DNA of 22,805 nucleotides. Origin: Methanobacteriota archaeon. GTDB taxonomy: Archaea; Thermoplasmatota; Poseidoniia; Poseidoniales; Poseidoniaceae. The notes beneath the pieces were generated by a model. It worked only from the letters and a program-made list of their open reading frames with translations, did not search any database and was not told the origin of the DNA. Below are positions 1-10,300 of this stretch, piece after piece. Made by a program: the position numbers and the translations under genes. How positions within the stretch are numbered: the first letter of the stretch is position 1; each line of letters begins with the position of its first letter. The stretch is from the NCBI GenBank assembly GCA_018650165.1, contig JABIGM010000023.1, positions 1-22,805 on the forward strand, in the 5' to 3' direction.

Positions 1-88
1 GGGGATTTGTGATGGCAAACCGTAGCAAGCAATAACTACTGTTCGCTCATGCTCCGGTTTAGCGGTAAGTTAACTGTTGTAAACAGGG

Positions 89-1744
89 GTGATTGTAATC
101 GATATAAAATCCACAGCCAACAAATTACTGAAAGGTGATGTGAAAGGTGCGGCTAAGGATGTTAGCCATCAATTAGAGCGCACGATTGGTCTTGTTGGTG
201 TAATTATTATTTCACTATCAGCAATGCTAGGTTCTGGTTTGTTCGTATTACCATCTCTTGCTGCAGAGATGATGGGGCCGGGTATTTGGTTAGCATATGT
301 CCTTGCAGCATTAGTCGTCTTGCCTGGTGCGATTTCCAAATCCGAACTCGCTTCAGCAATGCCTACTTCCGGAGGGGATTACATCTACATCGAGCGAACT
401 TATGGTCCACTGTTCGGTACTATCGCAGGATTGGGGCTATGGGCCTCATTCCTCCTGAAAGCAGCATTTGCATTAATTGGCCTTTCAGCATACATGCTTG
501 TAGTAACGATATATTTCGATATAGAAATTGACATGCGTATTGTATCCTTAGTGGTCTTAACATTAGTTGTAATAATCAATATTCTTGGAGTAAAGAAAAT
601 CAAAGCGGTTCAGGCACCAATTGTTGGATTAGCTGTCCTTTTGCTAATGTTCCTATCCTTTAAGGCCCTAATCTTCGCCGATATTGACCTCAGTCTTCCT
701 GCAACCTCTGCATTTGAAGCAACTCCGTATACCTTGGCCGAAACAGCAGCATTCGTATTCGTCGCCTATGCAGGAGTGACAAAAGTCGCAGCAATCGCAG
801 AAGAAGTAAAAAATCCTGGTAGAAATCTCCCTCGTGGAATGATTATTTCATTGGTAGCAGCCACTGTACTATATTCTGCTGTAGCGTACATGTTGATGGC
901 AACCTTAGATGGAGTATGGTGGCAAGTAGATGGTGAAACAGTTGAAGACCCTATTCGACTATTCGCAGAACACCTCGGTGGTAGTACAATCGGCCTAATT
1001 GCAGCAATCCTTGCAATTTTCACGATGGCCTCGATGGCACTTGCAGGAATTTTAGCAGCATCGAGATATCTCTTTGCAATGGCGAGAGATAATTTGTTGC
1101 CACAAGCATTGGAAGATGTAAATGCCAAATTTGAAACTCCACATTGGCCGATAATACTCACTGGATTTATGATGGGGCTTGCGATACTATTCTTGCCGGT
1201 GAAAGATGTAGCAAAACTTGCATCTGGATTTCAAATAATGATTTTCATCGTAGTAAATTCTTGTGTTATTGTCTTGAGACAAGTAAAAACCGGACATGAA
1301 TGGTACCAGCCAACATATACTTCTCCATTTTATCCATTCATCCAAATTTGGGGAATCGTCGGCGGCATCATTCTAGTCATCGTGATCGGTTCCAAGGCAT
1401 ATATGGGCGCAGGTGCCGCAATTGTACTCGGATTAACTTTCTATACACTATATGGACGAAAGCATGCGCATCCAAGAATAACACCATTTACTACATTCTG
1501 TAACGAATTCCGAAATCCTTCAGGAGTTGAACACAACCGACGCGAGGTTGCATTCCATGCTGCAGATATGGGTGGTAAAGGACACTTGACTTTGAAGGAG
1601 TTCCAAGTGGCAATGCGTGCTCTTCACTTCCCATTTAGTGTTGAGGAATGCCGAATTATTTTCCATGAAGCGGACAATGATGAAACCGGTGTAATCGATA
1701 TAGATGATTTCTTGGAAACATTTGAGAAAGCCGAAATTGATTAA
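89..1744 (+). CDS. APC-superfamily amino acid permease with C-terminal EF-hand pair (551 aa)
   Basis: TM1 motif 'LERTIGLVGVIIISLSAMLGSGLFVLP', 'ELASAMPTSGGDYIYIERTYG', 'FVFVAYAG...AEEVKNPGRNLP' and about 12 hydrophobic segments. The C-terminus has loops DMGGKGHLTLKE (nt 1565) and DNDETGVIDIDD (nt 1673). GTG start; the exact start is uncertain. Confidence 0.9.
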   Translation: MIVIDIKSTANKLLKGDVKGAAKDVSHQLERTIGLVGVIIISLSAMLGSGLFVLPSLAAEMMGPGIWLAYVLAALVVLPGAISKSELASAMPTSGGDYIYIERTYGPLFGTIAGLGLWASFLLKAAFALIGLSAYMLVVTIYFDIEIDMRIVSLVVLTLVVIINILGVKKIKAVQAPIVGLAVLLLMFLSFKALIFADIDLSLPATSAFEATPYTLAETAAFVFVAYAGVTKVAAIAEEVKNPGRNLPRGMIISLVAATVLYSAVAYMLMATLDGVWWQVDGETVEDPIRLFAEHLGGSTIGLIAAILAIFTMASMALAGILAASRYLFAMARDNLLPQALEDVNAKFETPHWPIILTGFMMGLAILFLPVKDVAKLASGFQIMIFIVVNSCVIVLRQVKTGHEWYQPTYTSPFYPFIQIWGIVGGIILVIVIGSKAYMGAGAAIVLGLTFYTLYGRKHAHPRITPFTTFCNEFRNPSGVEHNRREVAFHAADMGGKGHLTLKEFQVAMRALHFPFSVEECRIIFHEADNDETGVIDIDDFLETFEKAEID

Positions 1745-4305
1745 GATACTCTTGTCCAATCACCCGATTCACTGACCTGCCATGATGTAAGTTCACCACT
1801 TGAATCGATATACCATCCAGTTTTTCCTTGTTCTGTTCCCGGTGCTGCTTGCATTATTCCAGTGCGCTTTGCCTCAGCAGTCAAACGTTCTCTAAGTTCA
1901 GCTTTCGTTTCTCCCTTCGGGGAAGTATCGTATTCAACAACTTCTTTTGGTACTTCTGAAAAGGCGCCCTTAGTTTTGAGTTCTTCATCTAAATCGTCTG
2001 TGTCATCCAGATAATCATCTTCCCAATATTCATTGGATTCAATTTCACCTTTCATTCTTCGAATGAGTACTAGCATTATTGCAATGAATAATAATATGAT
2101 TATGGAAACCATAGTCAGTGCAGTATTAGAGTCGCCTAAACCACCTCCAAATAAAACCGCATCAACATCAAAGAATCTTTGAGCCACGAGATCATTCCAA
2201 TAGGCATTACAAGATTGTGATTGACCTGCTTGGTCAACATTCACTTGGTAAGTATCACCTGCAAGGTGTGTCACTGTGCCAACAGTACATTGGATATCAA
2301 CTTCATCCGATGGAACATCGACTCTATTTCCTACCTGGTCAATAGCATAGATTCGTACAATCATCTTACTACCTTCTTCAGGATTTTGTTCAGGTATATC
2401 GGCTAGAAGTCTAATCGGTTCTCCCGGTGAAACAGTGACTGTTATGTCACGAGTTGCAGAACCAGTTAGCAATCGAATATTCCATTCACCAACTTCACCT
2501 CCCTCAATCATCCAGTAACCATCTCCTCTAGAGGATTGGTAGACAATCCCCTGAGGGTCATCGAATTCAAATTCAACATTTGTAGCCAAGGCGAGATTTC
2601 CATGTACGTCAAGTGCGGAGATTGTAAGTTCAACCTCTTCACCACTCACAACAGCGACACCTTCATCGTAATCTGTTGAAATGTGCCTCGCAGTACCAGC
2701 GATTACCTCGACGTCAGTAATTGCAAAAACACCTTGCGCCATTGCCCTAATTTCGTGCATTCCAAGAGATGATGGTTCCCACTTATTGTTTGCTAATCGG
2801 ATTTCCATAGTCATGTCATTGCCATCTATAACCCAAGTAAGTAGAACGTTTTCCAAATGATTACCATACTCATCTTCAAAGATAGGTAGAAGTTCAAGCA
2901 CACCATCTGATGGCACACGAGTTCCACTTTCAGGGAGAATTATACGCGCTAATTCACCCGATGTGATATTGAGGACAGAGTCAACACTGTGCACCGTTTG
3001 GGTTTCATTGTCAAACCAAGTGGCAGAAACTGAAAAATTCCCCATTGCCCCCGGTCTCAATTGTTTCCAGCCATCATGGTCTTCTGGACCAAGTTCTGGA
3101 TCAATAGTCCAAGCACCATTCACCGACCGTTGATTTCCAGCAGCATCATATCCTGAAATTGAAGCGACTATCGAGTCTCCTGAGCGAAGAATATCTTCAG
3201 ATAGTAATATGTCGATACCGATAATTACGCCTTGGATTACACTAACTTGCATTGTCGCAGAGAAACCTTGGTCAGAGACACCAATTGTCCATTCCCCAAT
3301 CCGTGAGGGAATCCACACAACGGAATCACCATCCATCGATAGTGAGCCCGTAGGAACCGTCCAATTCGATAGAGGTAAGATTACTTCACCTGTGTTTCCT
3401 AGAACATCAGTACGAATTGCAGAAAGAATTACCTGTGAGCCAGTTCTTGCCTGTCCGACATTCATTTCGAGATCTAGACCTGTTGCTTTAGCAGGTAATA
3501 CACGAATAGTTCCGCTTCCGTTAGCCCCAGATGTGCTATTGACACTAATGTTCCATAAGCCGGGAGCTCCTCCATAGTAAACCCCGGTTGGAGAAATAGA
3601 ACCATTCTCTACAGACCAAGTAAGAACACCTGCCTTAGAAATCCCAACTTCGTTACCCTTTGCATCTTTAGCAACCGGTAGTATCTGGAGTGTACTTCCA
3701 CTCTGAACAGTTTGGCCATATGGTATATCGAGAGTTTTCGGGCTTCCTGGAACCACGTTGAACACAACTTGTGTTTCGAGTTCAAGATGTATGATGCGCA
3801 TTGTAGTATTACCGATATTTTCAGGTGTCCAAGTATGGTTGAGATAGTCAATAATTCCATTTTGACACCTCCATGTTAAATCACCTGTAACTGAATTATT
3901 GGCTCTGTCGATTAGCGTAGCATTGAGTTGAACCACATCGTCAACACTTACCTCTGTGGTATTGAATGCAGTTCGAATTCCAACTGGCCACCCTGCCATT
4001 ACGTTTATCGAAGTAGTTGAGTTTATACTTCCACTCATCGCAGTAATCGTGGTTTGCCCAGCAAGACCTGGCGTGAATAGACCTTCACTATCGATGAAGC
4101 CAGAACTAGTAGACCAAATTACAGGCTCATTGATTGGAGAGCCGGAAGAATCTTTCACTACTGCAGAAAACCGAACTGCTTGATCTGCACTCACACTTTG
4201 AGTGTGAGCATCAATGTCAATACTTGCCGGGGTTGCAGCCGTTGCAGGTGATGCGATATGTGCCACTAATAGAATGACCAAGAAGGGTAGTATCCGATTT
4301 TTCAT
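1741..4305 (-). CDS. Secreted, C-terminally membrane-anchored surface protein with 8 Ig-like repeats (854 aa)
   Basis: Signal peptide MKNRILPFLVILLVAHIASPATA; eight ~90-aa beta-rich repeats each with a D-x-x-G-N-like turn; TM helix LTMVSIIILLFIAIMLVLI; acidic tail; strong SD upstream. Confidence 0.85.
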   Translation of the reverse strand: MKNRILPFLVILLVAHIASPATAATPASIDIDAHTQSVSADQAVRFSAVVKDSSGSPINEPVIWSTSSGFIDSEGLFTPGLAGQTTITAMSGSINSTTSINVMAGWPVGIRTAFNTTEVSVDDVVQLNATLIDRANNSVTGDLTWRCQNGIIDYLNHTWTPENIGNTTMRIIHLELETQVVFNVVPGSPKTLDIPYGQTVQSGSTLQILPVAKDAKGNEVGISKAGVLTWSVENGSISPTGVYYGGAPGLWNISVNSTSGANGSGTIRVLPAKATGLDLEMNVGQARTGSQVILSAIRTDVLGNTGEVILPLSNWTVPTGSLSMDGDSVVWIPSRIGEWTIGVSDQGFSATMQVSVIQGVIIGIDILLSEDILRSGDSIVASISGYDAAGNQRSVNGAWTIDPELGPEDHDGWKQLRPGAMGNFSVSATWFDNETQTVHSVDSVLNITSGELARIILPESGTRVPSDGVLELLPIFEDEYGNHLENVLLTWVIDGNDMTMEIRLANNKWEPSSLGMHEIRAMAQGVFAITDVEVIAGTARHISTDYDEGVAVVSGEEVELTISALDVHGNLALATNVEFEFDDPQGIVYQSSRGDGYWMIEGGEVGEWNIRLLTGSATRDITVTVSPGEPIRLLADIPEQNPEEGSKMIVRIYAIDQVGNRVDVPSDEVDIQCTVGTVTHLAGDTYQVNVDQAGQSQSCNAYWNDLVAQRFFDVDAVLFGGGLGDSNTALTMVSIIILLFIAIMLVLIRRMKGEIESNEYWEDDYLDDTDDLDEELKTKGAFSEVPKEVVEYDTSPKGETKAELRERLTAEAKRTGIMQAAPGTEQGKTGWYIDSSGELTSWQVSESGDWTRVS

Positions 4306-4309
4306 CGCT

Positions 4310-4318
4310 TCACCCTCC
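4310..4318 (-). promoter_or_regulatory. Shine-Dalgarno site GGAGGGTGA for the 854-aa gene
   Basis: Minus strand reads GGAGGGTGA-AGCG-ATG in the 48-bp gap after the giant gene, which suggests co-transcription. Confidence 0.7.
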
Positions 4319-4353
4319 GTTTGGTTCTATTCTTGCATTATCTAAGTTTTCGA

Positions 4354-7300
4354 TTAGTCCGCCCATTCATTCCAATCTGTAGTTCCAGCGTCACGGTACC
4401 ACCAGATTCCATCCTTATCTTCTGCCCATTCGGTACCATCTTCATCAACACGGAAGTCAGACATCCAGTCTTCCTGTTGTGGTTCTGCACTTGGAGGTGG
4501 TCCACCAGGGCCCGGACCTACTGGCCCTGGGCCAACTGGACCAGGTTCCTGAGTCGCTTCAGATTCATCGTAATCATCATCATAGTCGTCATCGTCTTCG
4601 TCATCATATTCTGAGCCGCCAGATCTCAGTACCATTACTACTACTACTAGAAGAACAATGATCACTAGAATTCCAAGAACTCCACCCGCATAGTAGATTG
4701 GTCCACCAGATTCAAAGAATCCCATGATATTACCTTCAACCATTATCGTATCTGATTTTTCAACATTATGTACGGATATAGTTACAGTTTGCTCTTTGTC
4801 ATCGAGTGTAGTGATTGTCCAATGGCCATTTTCTCCAGCCTTTGCAGTCATACGACCAGTTAATTTGACTTGGGTTTCCGGTGGCACAGGTATCTCATTG
4901 CCCCATGCATCGAAGGTTTGAACATCGATTTCAAAAGACTCTAGTTGTGCTACTGAATTATCAACAATCTCAAATTCAATTAGGGAAACTGTTTGGTGCG
5001 GAGTGACAGTCACTGTCCATTCGCTTTCAGCACCACTCGGTGAGCGGAATTTGAAGGTATGATCTCCGGCAACAGATGCACTCCAATTATAGATGCCATC
5101 TCCTCCTTCAATTGTAGAAGCAGGTACAGTCTTCCAAGTGTTTGGAAGAGAAAGTTGAGTCCACAGTACACTCTCCAAGAAGGTATTACCATCAGCATCA
5201 GTTCCAGTGATTGTGAGGGTATACTCATCACCAGCCTTAGCAGAATTTGCAATAACATCAATGTCTACGCTCTCAGCATCTCCATGTGAAACATGAATCA
5301 CACTTGTGTTAGTGATATTGTAACCGTTTTCTGAAATCGCCCAAGCAGTAATTTCCCAATTACCAACAGTACTAGCTTCCCATATGCCACCATTTCCTAC
5401 GATAATTGACGTAATGTTTTGCGTTTCATCTGTGTCTGTATTAGTCAAAGTATACTCTACAATTGAAGGGTCAATTGCATTGTTATCATTGTCAAATAGT
5501 TGCGGTGAGAATTGTAATTGATTATCTGCATCAATATTTTGTTCAGCATCTCCAGGTCCCGGTACTGAGAGTTTCACCAAGCTACCTTGTGATACTGTAA
5601 TATTCAGAGCGACTTCAAGGGTAATGTTTTCATCAGTGTAGGTTGCTAATAATTTGTAAGCGAAATCCGATGAGAAGATTGGAACGAATAGTGTAGTACT
5701 TCCATAAGTCATCTCTTGAAGTACACTTTGGTCAGAGAATTGAATATGCTCGATGGACCAAACTACATTTTCAGTCCAACGATTTCCATCGTAATCTTCA
5801 GCCTTAACCTTAACAGTAAGTTCATCATCAGCAGTAATTGAATTATTTGTCCATGTTGAATCAATAGAATCTATTACCAATACAAGTCCAGTAATTGCAC
5901 CTTCCTCTACTTGGATAATTACACTACTTTCCATTCCTGCATAACTAGCAGTTAGTGTCTTCGAACCGCGTCTTTGAGCATGCCATTCAGCAGGCTGTCC
6001 CGCAACAATCATTCCATCACTAACAGTCCAATTCGCTAATGGTAGTTCAACCGATAAACGGTTGCCCATGACATCGATACGAGTAGTGTTGAGCAGAACT
6101 ATATCATCAGCTGTAACATATGTTTCAGATGCATCTACCTCTAGACTTACCATCATTCCGTGTTCGACTGTGATTGAAATTTGGTGCGCAATACCTCCTG
6201 TTGAAAGCATGTCGATATTGTAATTTCCAACAGTCATTGCAAAGTAAGTTCCGTTAGACTCGGTAAATGTTCCACCACCAGCGGTCCAAGTAATTCCACC
6301 GCCGACTGAAAGATCCAACAGGTTACCGAATTGGTCATGCAATGTCCAATTTAGTTGACAGGTTTCTCCAGCATGTACAACATCTTCACAACCAGTTGTA
6401 ACATAATTAGTTGGCAGACCACCAACAACCTCGATGATTACATCAACAGTTTGACCAATCCATCCCACTGTGACAGTCTGTGTTCCGGAGTTGTATGGGT
6501 AGAATGTTGTTCCAGTCATAGTTCCATTAGATGGTGTATATGTGATTGTCATTCCAGGCACAATATTTCCATGTTGATCATGGATTACTGCAGTAATTGT
6601 AAAAGAATTATCCGCTGTAATAGTTTCTTCAGTATCTTCGACAACAAGCGTATCAGGTTCTCCAGGTGTTACGGTAATAGATTCTGTAGCGCATATGACT
6701 CCAAAGCATGCGGTAATACTGTGAATGCCAACATGTTCAGGAGTAAACAAACCAGCGGCATCGATAGAGCCGCTACTTGAGGACCATACCACTCCTTCAG
6801 AAATCATACCTCCTACTGCATCATTCAAAATATGAGAGAATTGAACCGTAGTATCTGCATCAGTAGTAGAACCTCCCGGAGATACTGAAACCGAATGAAC
6901 ATCAGTGTAATTCATATGGATTACAGGTCGAAGGTTAAGAGCACTTTCACTTGAGAAAAATTCTACCCACGCAGGTGCACCTGCCAGTGAAGTTCCAATG
7001 ATTACCCACGCGTGATCACCGTCAATCAGCATACCCGAATGGCCTAATTCTAACCATACATTTGTCACACCGGCAGTAATTGTAGTGGTTGAAATTGGAT
7101 TTGCATCATACTCTACACCCGGTGCCATTCCACCAGTATTCCATGGGATACCACTTGCAGAATCATTCCATGTTGAGCCGGATTGTGTCCAGGAATTAGT
7201 CAATAATTTGTGGACACTTAATGTCAAAAATCCAGCAGGTGCCGACTCGATATTCAATTGAATCGAAGCGGAGTGTATTTTTGCACCAGGTGGTAATGGG

Positions 7301-10300
7301 ACTTGACCATTATCTAATCCGACAATCATTCGACATTCGGAGTTTGCTCCTTCACAATTTGTTCCAACCATTAGTGACTCAGAGCCATGGTTTTGATTTG
7401 CATATCCGCTGCCTATATACGAATCTCTAACGTTAGTGTGACCTAACTCAGCAACTTCGTTTCCAGTTTGGAACAAGTATGTCCAAGTATTATCAAAATT
7501 GTAAGAATGGTTGACTGGAGAGCCAATCGCAAAGGTTCTACGACTCGATGAAGGTCCAGGAATAGAACCGTTGATGGCTTGTACCCACCAACTGTATACA
7601 TCACCAGCAACTAAATCTTGACTGAAGGTAAATGTGGTTCCATTTATTTCACTGTTTTGCCAAGATTTGTATGTTTGTTGACCGTCTGTTTTTGCAATAG
7701 TAACAACATATCCCGTTGCATTAGTAACACTGTTCCAAGTTAATTGTGGCCTGTCTAGAGATTCCAATACCCACGTGCTTGTGTTGTACAGAATTGCTCC
7801 GTCAGCAGGATATGTCAATACTGGTTGAGCCGGAGGGATTACTCCATCGACATTGTCAACATAATCTAGAACCAATTTAGGTTTCAGGGAACCAGAGTGC
7901 AGGTTATCATAGAACGAATGACCTGACATTGGAGTACCTACAGATTTCAGCATAATTGTCATTGTAGTATTTCCATTAGCAATATTAGATTGTGCAAGGG
8001 ATGTAAGGTCCCACACTTGCCAACCATTTGGTGGAACAATTAGCATCGTAGAGCGAGTAATTTCACTACTCAAACAAGATGGTGCATTATTCCAAGTGAC
8101 CGAGCTTTCACTAAATGTGTCACAAGCATGTGCACTAACCGTTAGCGATGATGTTCCAGTGACATTGACTCTGTATAGCGACAATAAGGCACTAGTCGGA
8201 GTCATTGCGGCTGGGAATGGCAATTCAGAGAGGTCAAATGACAACATTACCATCGATTCACCAGATCCTCCTGATGAAATTCCTAATTCGAGGCGACCAT
8301 TGTTACCTAAGGAATTGCTAGCGCGGTTGGAGTCAATTGTCGCATCAGGTACGCCTGGTAGTGATGTAGTCTCAGAAAATACCGAGCCGTCATACAAAGT
8401 GATTGAATGATTTCCAGCACCATCGTCAGTACCTAATGCGCCGGGGACTCGGAATGAATTAACACCGGACCAAGTACCTAAACGGTGGTCTTGTTCAGCT
8501 CTTACTCTCCAATAAACCCAGTAGTCTCCCCATGTGATATTATCTGGACTGGTGTACGCAAGTTCAGAATAACTCCATGTACCATTGAAGGTTTCATTAT
8601 CGGTCAAATCATATAGCCATGTTTCATTTTCAGCAGTAAACAACGGTGTCTTAGATGATTGAATCACCCAGCGAGTTTCATTTGATTCAACTCCAGACCA
8701 ATTCAGTGTAACATCATCAGCCCCTCTTGGTCGAGAAGCAGTTTGATTCCAAACCGTTGTGCCATCTGCTGGTGTCAAGCCGCTTGGTGAAGACGGAAGC
8801 CATTGTGTACCAGTTCTCCATTCCAATTTCAATTCAGGGCGTTTACTTTTATCGATATTATAATCGCTACTAGCAAAATGCCATTCATCGTCGGTATCAT
8901 CAACTATCCAGAACATCAGGCTAACTTTGTCTAAGCCAGCCGCATGTGCATGCTGCACTGCATAAGTAACATCCAGTGTGACATAATTGTCCTGATAATC
9001 CATCGAGACGATTTCAAATGGAACATCGCATTTTGGATTTGTCCATGCGGAATTATTCCCAGTTGGGCCATTCATTGTTGCATTTTGGTTCCATGCATCC
9101 TGAATTTCACAAACGGCAACACGTACAGTTTCTTGATTAAATTCGCCACCACTGATTTTATGCAACTCAATCTCAGCTCCAATCATCTCATGAGAACCGG
9201 GGATAGGCATTGTTGACCAATCGATCATCATGATACTTTCAGTGTAGTGGTTACGTGATGTTGTCACATTCGAGCGTCCAATAATCAATTCATTTCCGCT
9301 TTCATATGCGGAATTTGATGAACCTGTATCGAGATAAGTATCCATGAAAATTGCAGGGTAATCCAATGCATCGACGATTTGGCCTTCTTGCAAATTGATG
9401 TACGCATCTGTTGAATTGACACTACTGCCTGTGTTTGCAGGAATGTGGAAAATTGTATCGCTACCTCTTGCCCCCAGTATGTCATTAGTAATTGGTTGTA
9501 CAAACCATTCGTATGAGTTTCCGGATGAAAGATTAGATTGTGGGGTCCAGGTCATATTGGTTATATCCCACCCTTCAGCGGAATCTCTACTGTCGTATAC
9601 AGTCCATCCCTCTCTATCATCGGAGTAATCATTCCAAAGGAATATTTTCCAATCATCAACATTGGCTGAGTTTGAATGAGTCCAAGTGAAATTAGGTGTG
9701 TCTCCGGGCAGAAGGGCATGTGTTGATGTATCCCAGATTATTTCATCAATGGTTGGATTGCTATTTGCTCCCGCTATTTCCGGGGAGGCTGCACTGCCAC
9801 TTGTCCATGTCAAATTTAGCCATGGACGGTCACTACTTGTTCCTGCAGTTGATGTAAAGATTGTTTGTCCTTCCCCAATCGAACCAACGATTACGAGCGA
9901 AAGGTGTGTTTCACCATTTGCAAGGGCAGCTTGAACCAACTCAGTCACATCAAAATTCATCCAATCAGCGGAAGCACTACCCTTAATGTCAGACATTTGA
10001 CCCTTGTCAGATGCTCCCATTGCGCCGGGTAAGGACCAATTATTCGAACCATCATATGTTGTTCCATTTGCACTAGTGTTCCACCCTACGAGGGCCGGAT
10101 GAATTGAGACGGCATTTCCGGTATCCGAACCAAACTCTGCATACAAATTGAGCACCGCTTCGGAAACATGAGCGTTTTGTGGGTTGGGCAATTCCGTTAG
10201 CGGGATCTTCAACAAGCCAGTTGCATCTTCGCCAGAACTACTGGTTCCTACTGTGATATTGGTAGATGATGATTGGTCTGCATTAGCGCCTATGCCAGAA

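Noticed and set aside
1-88. Gene fragment at the window edge
   Set aside because: Only a short open stretch ending at TAA 33-35; nothing identifiable
4492-4545. Collagen triple-helix domain
   Set aside because: The period is PGPVG (5 aa), not a continuous G-X-Y, and it is only 18 residues long
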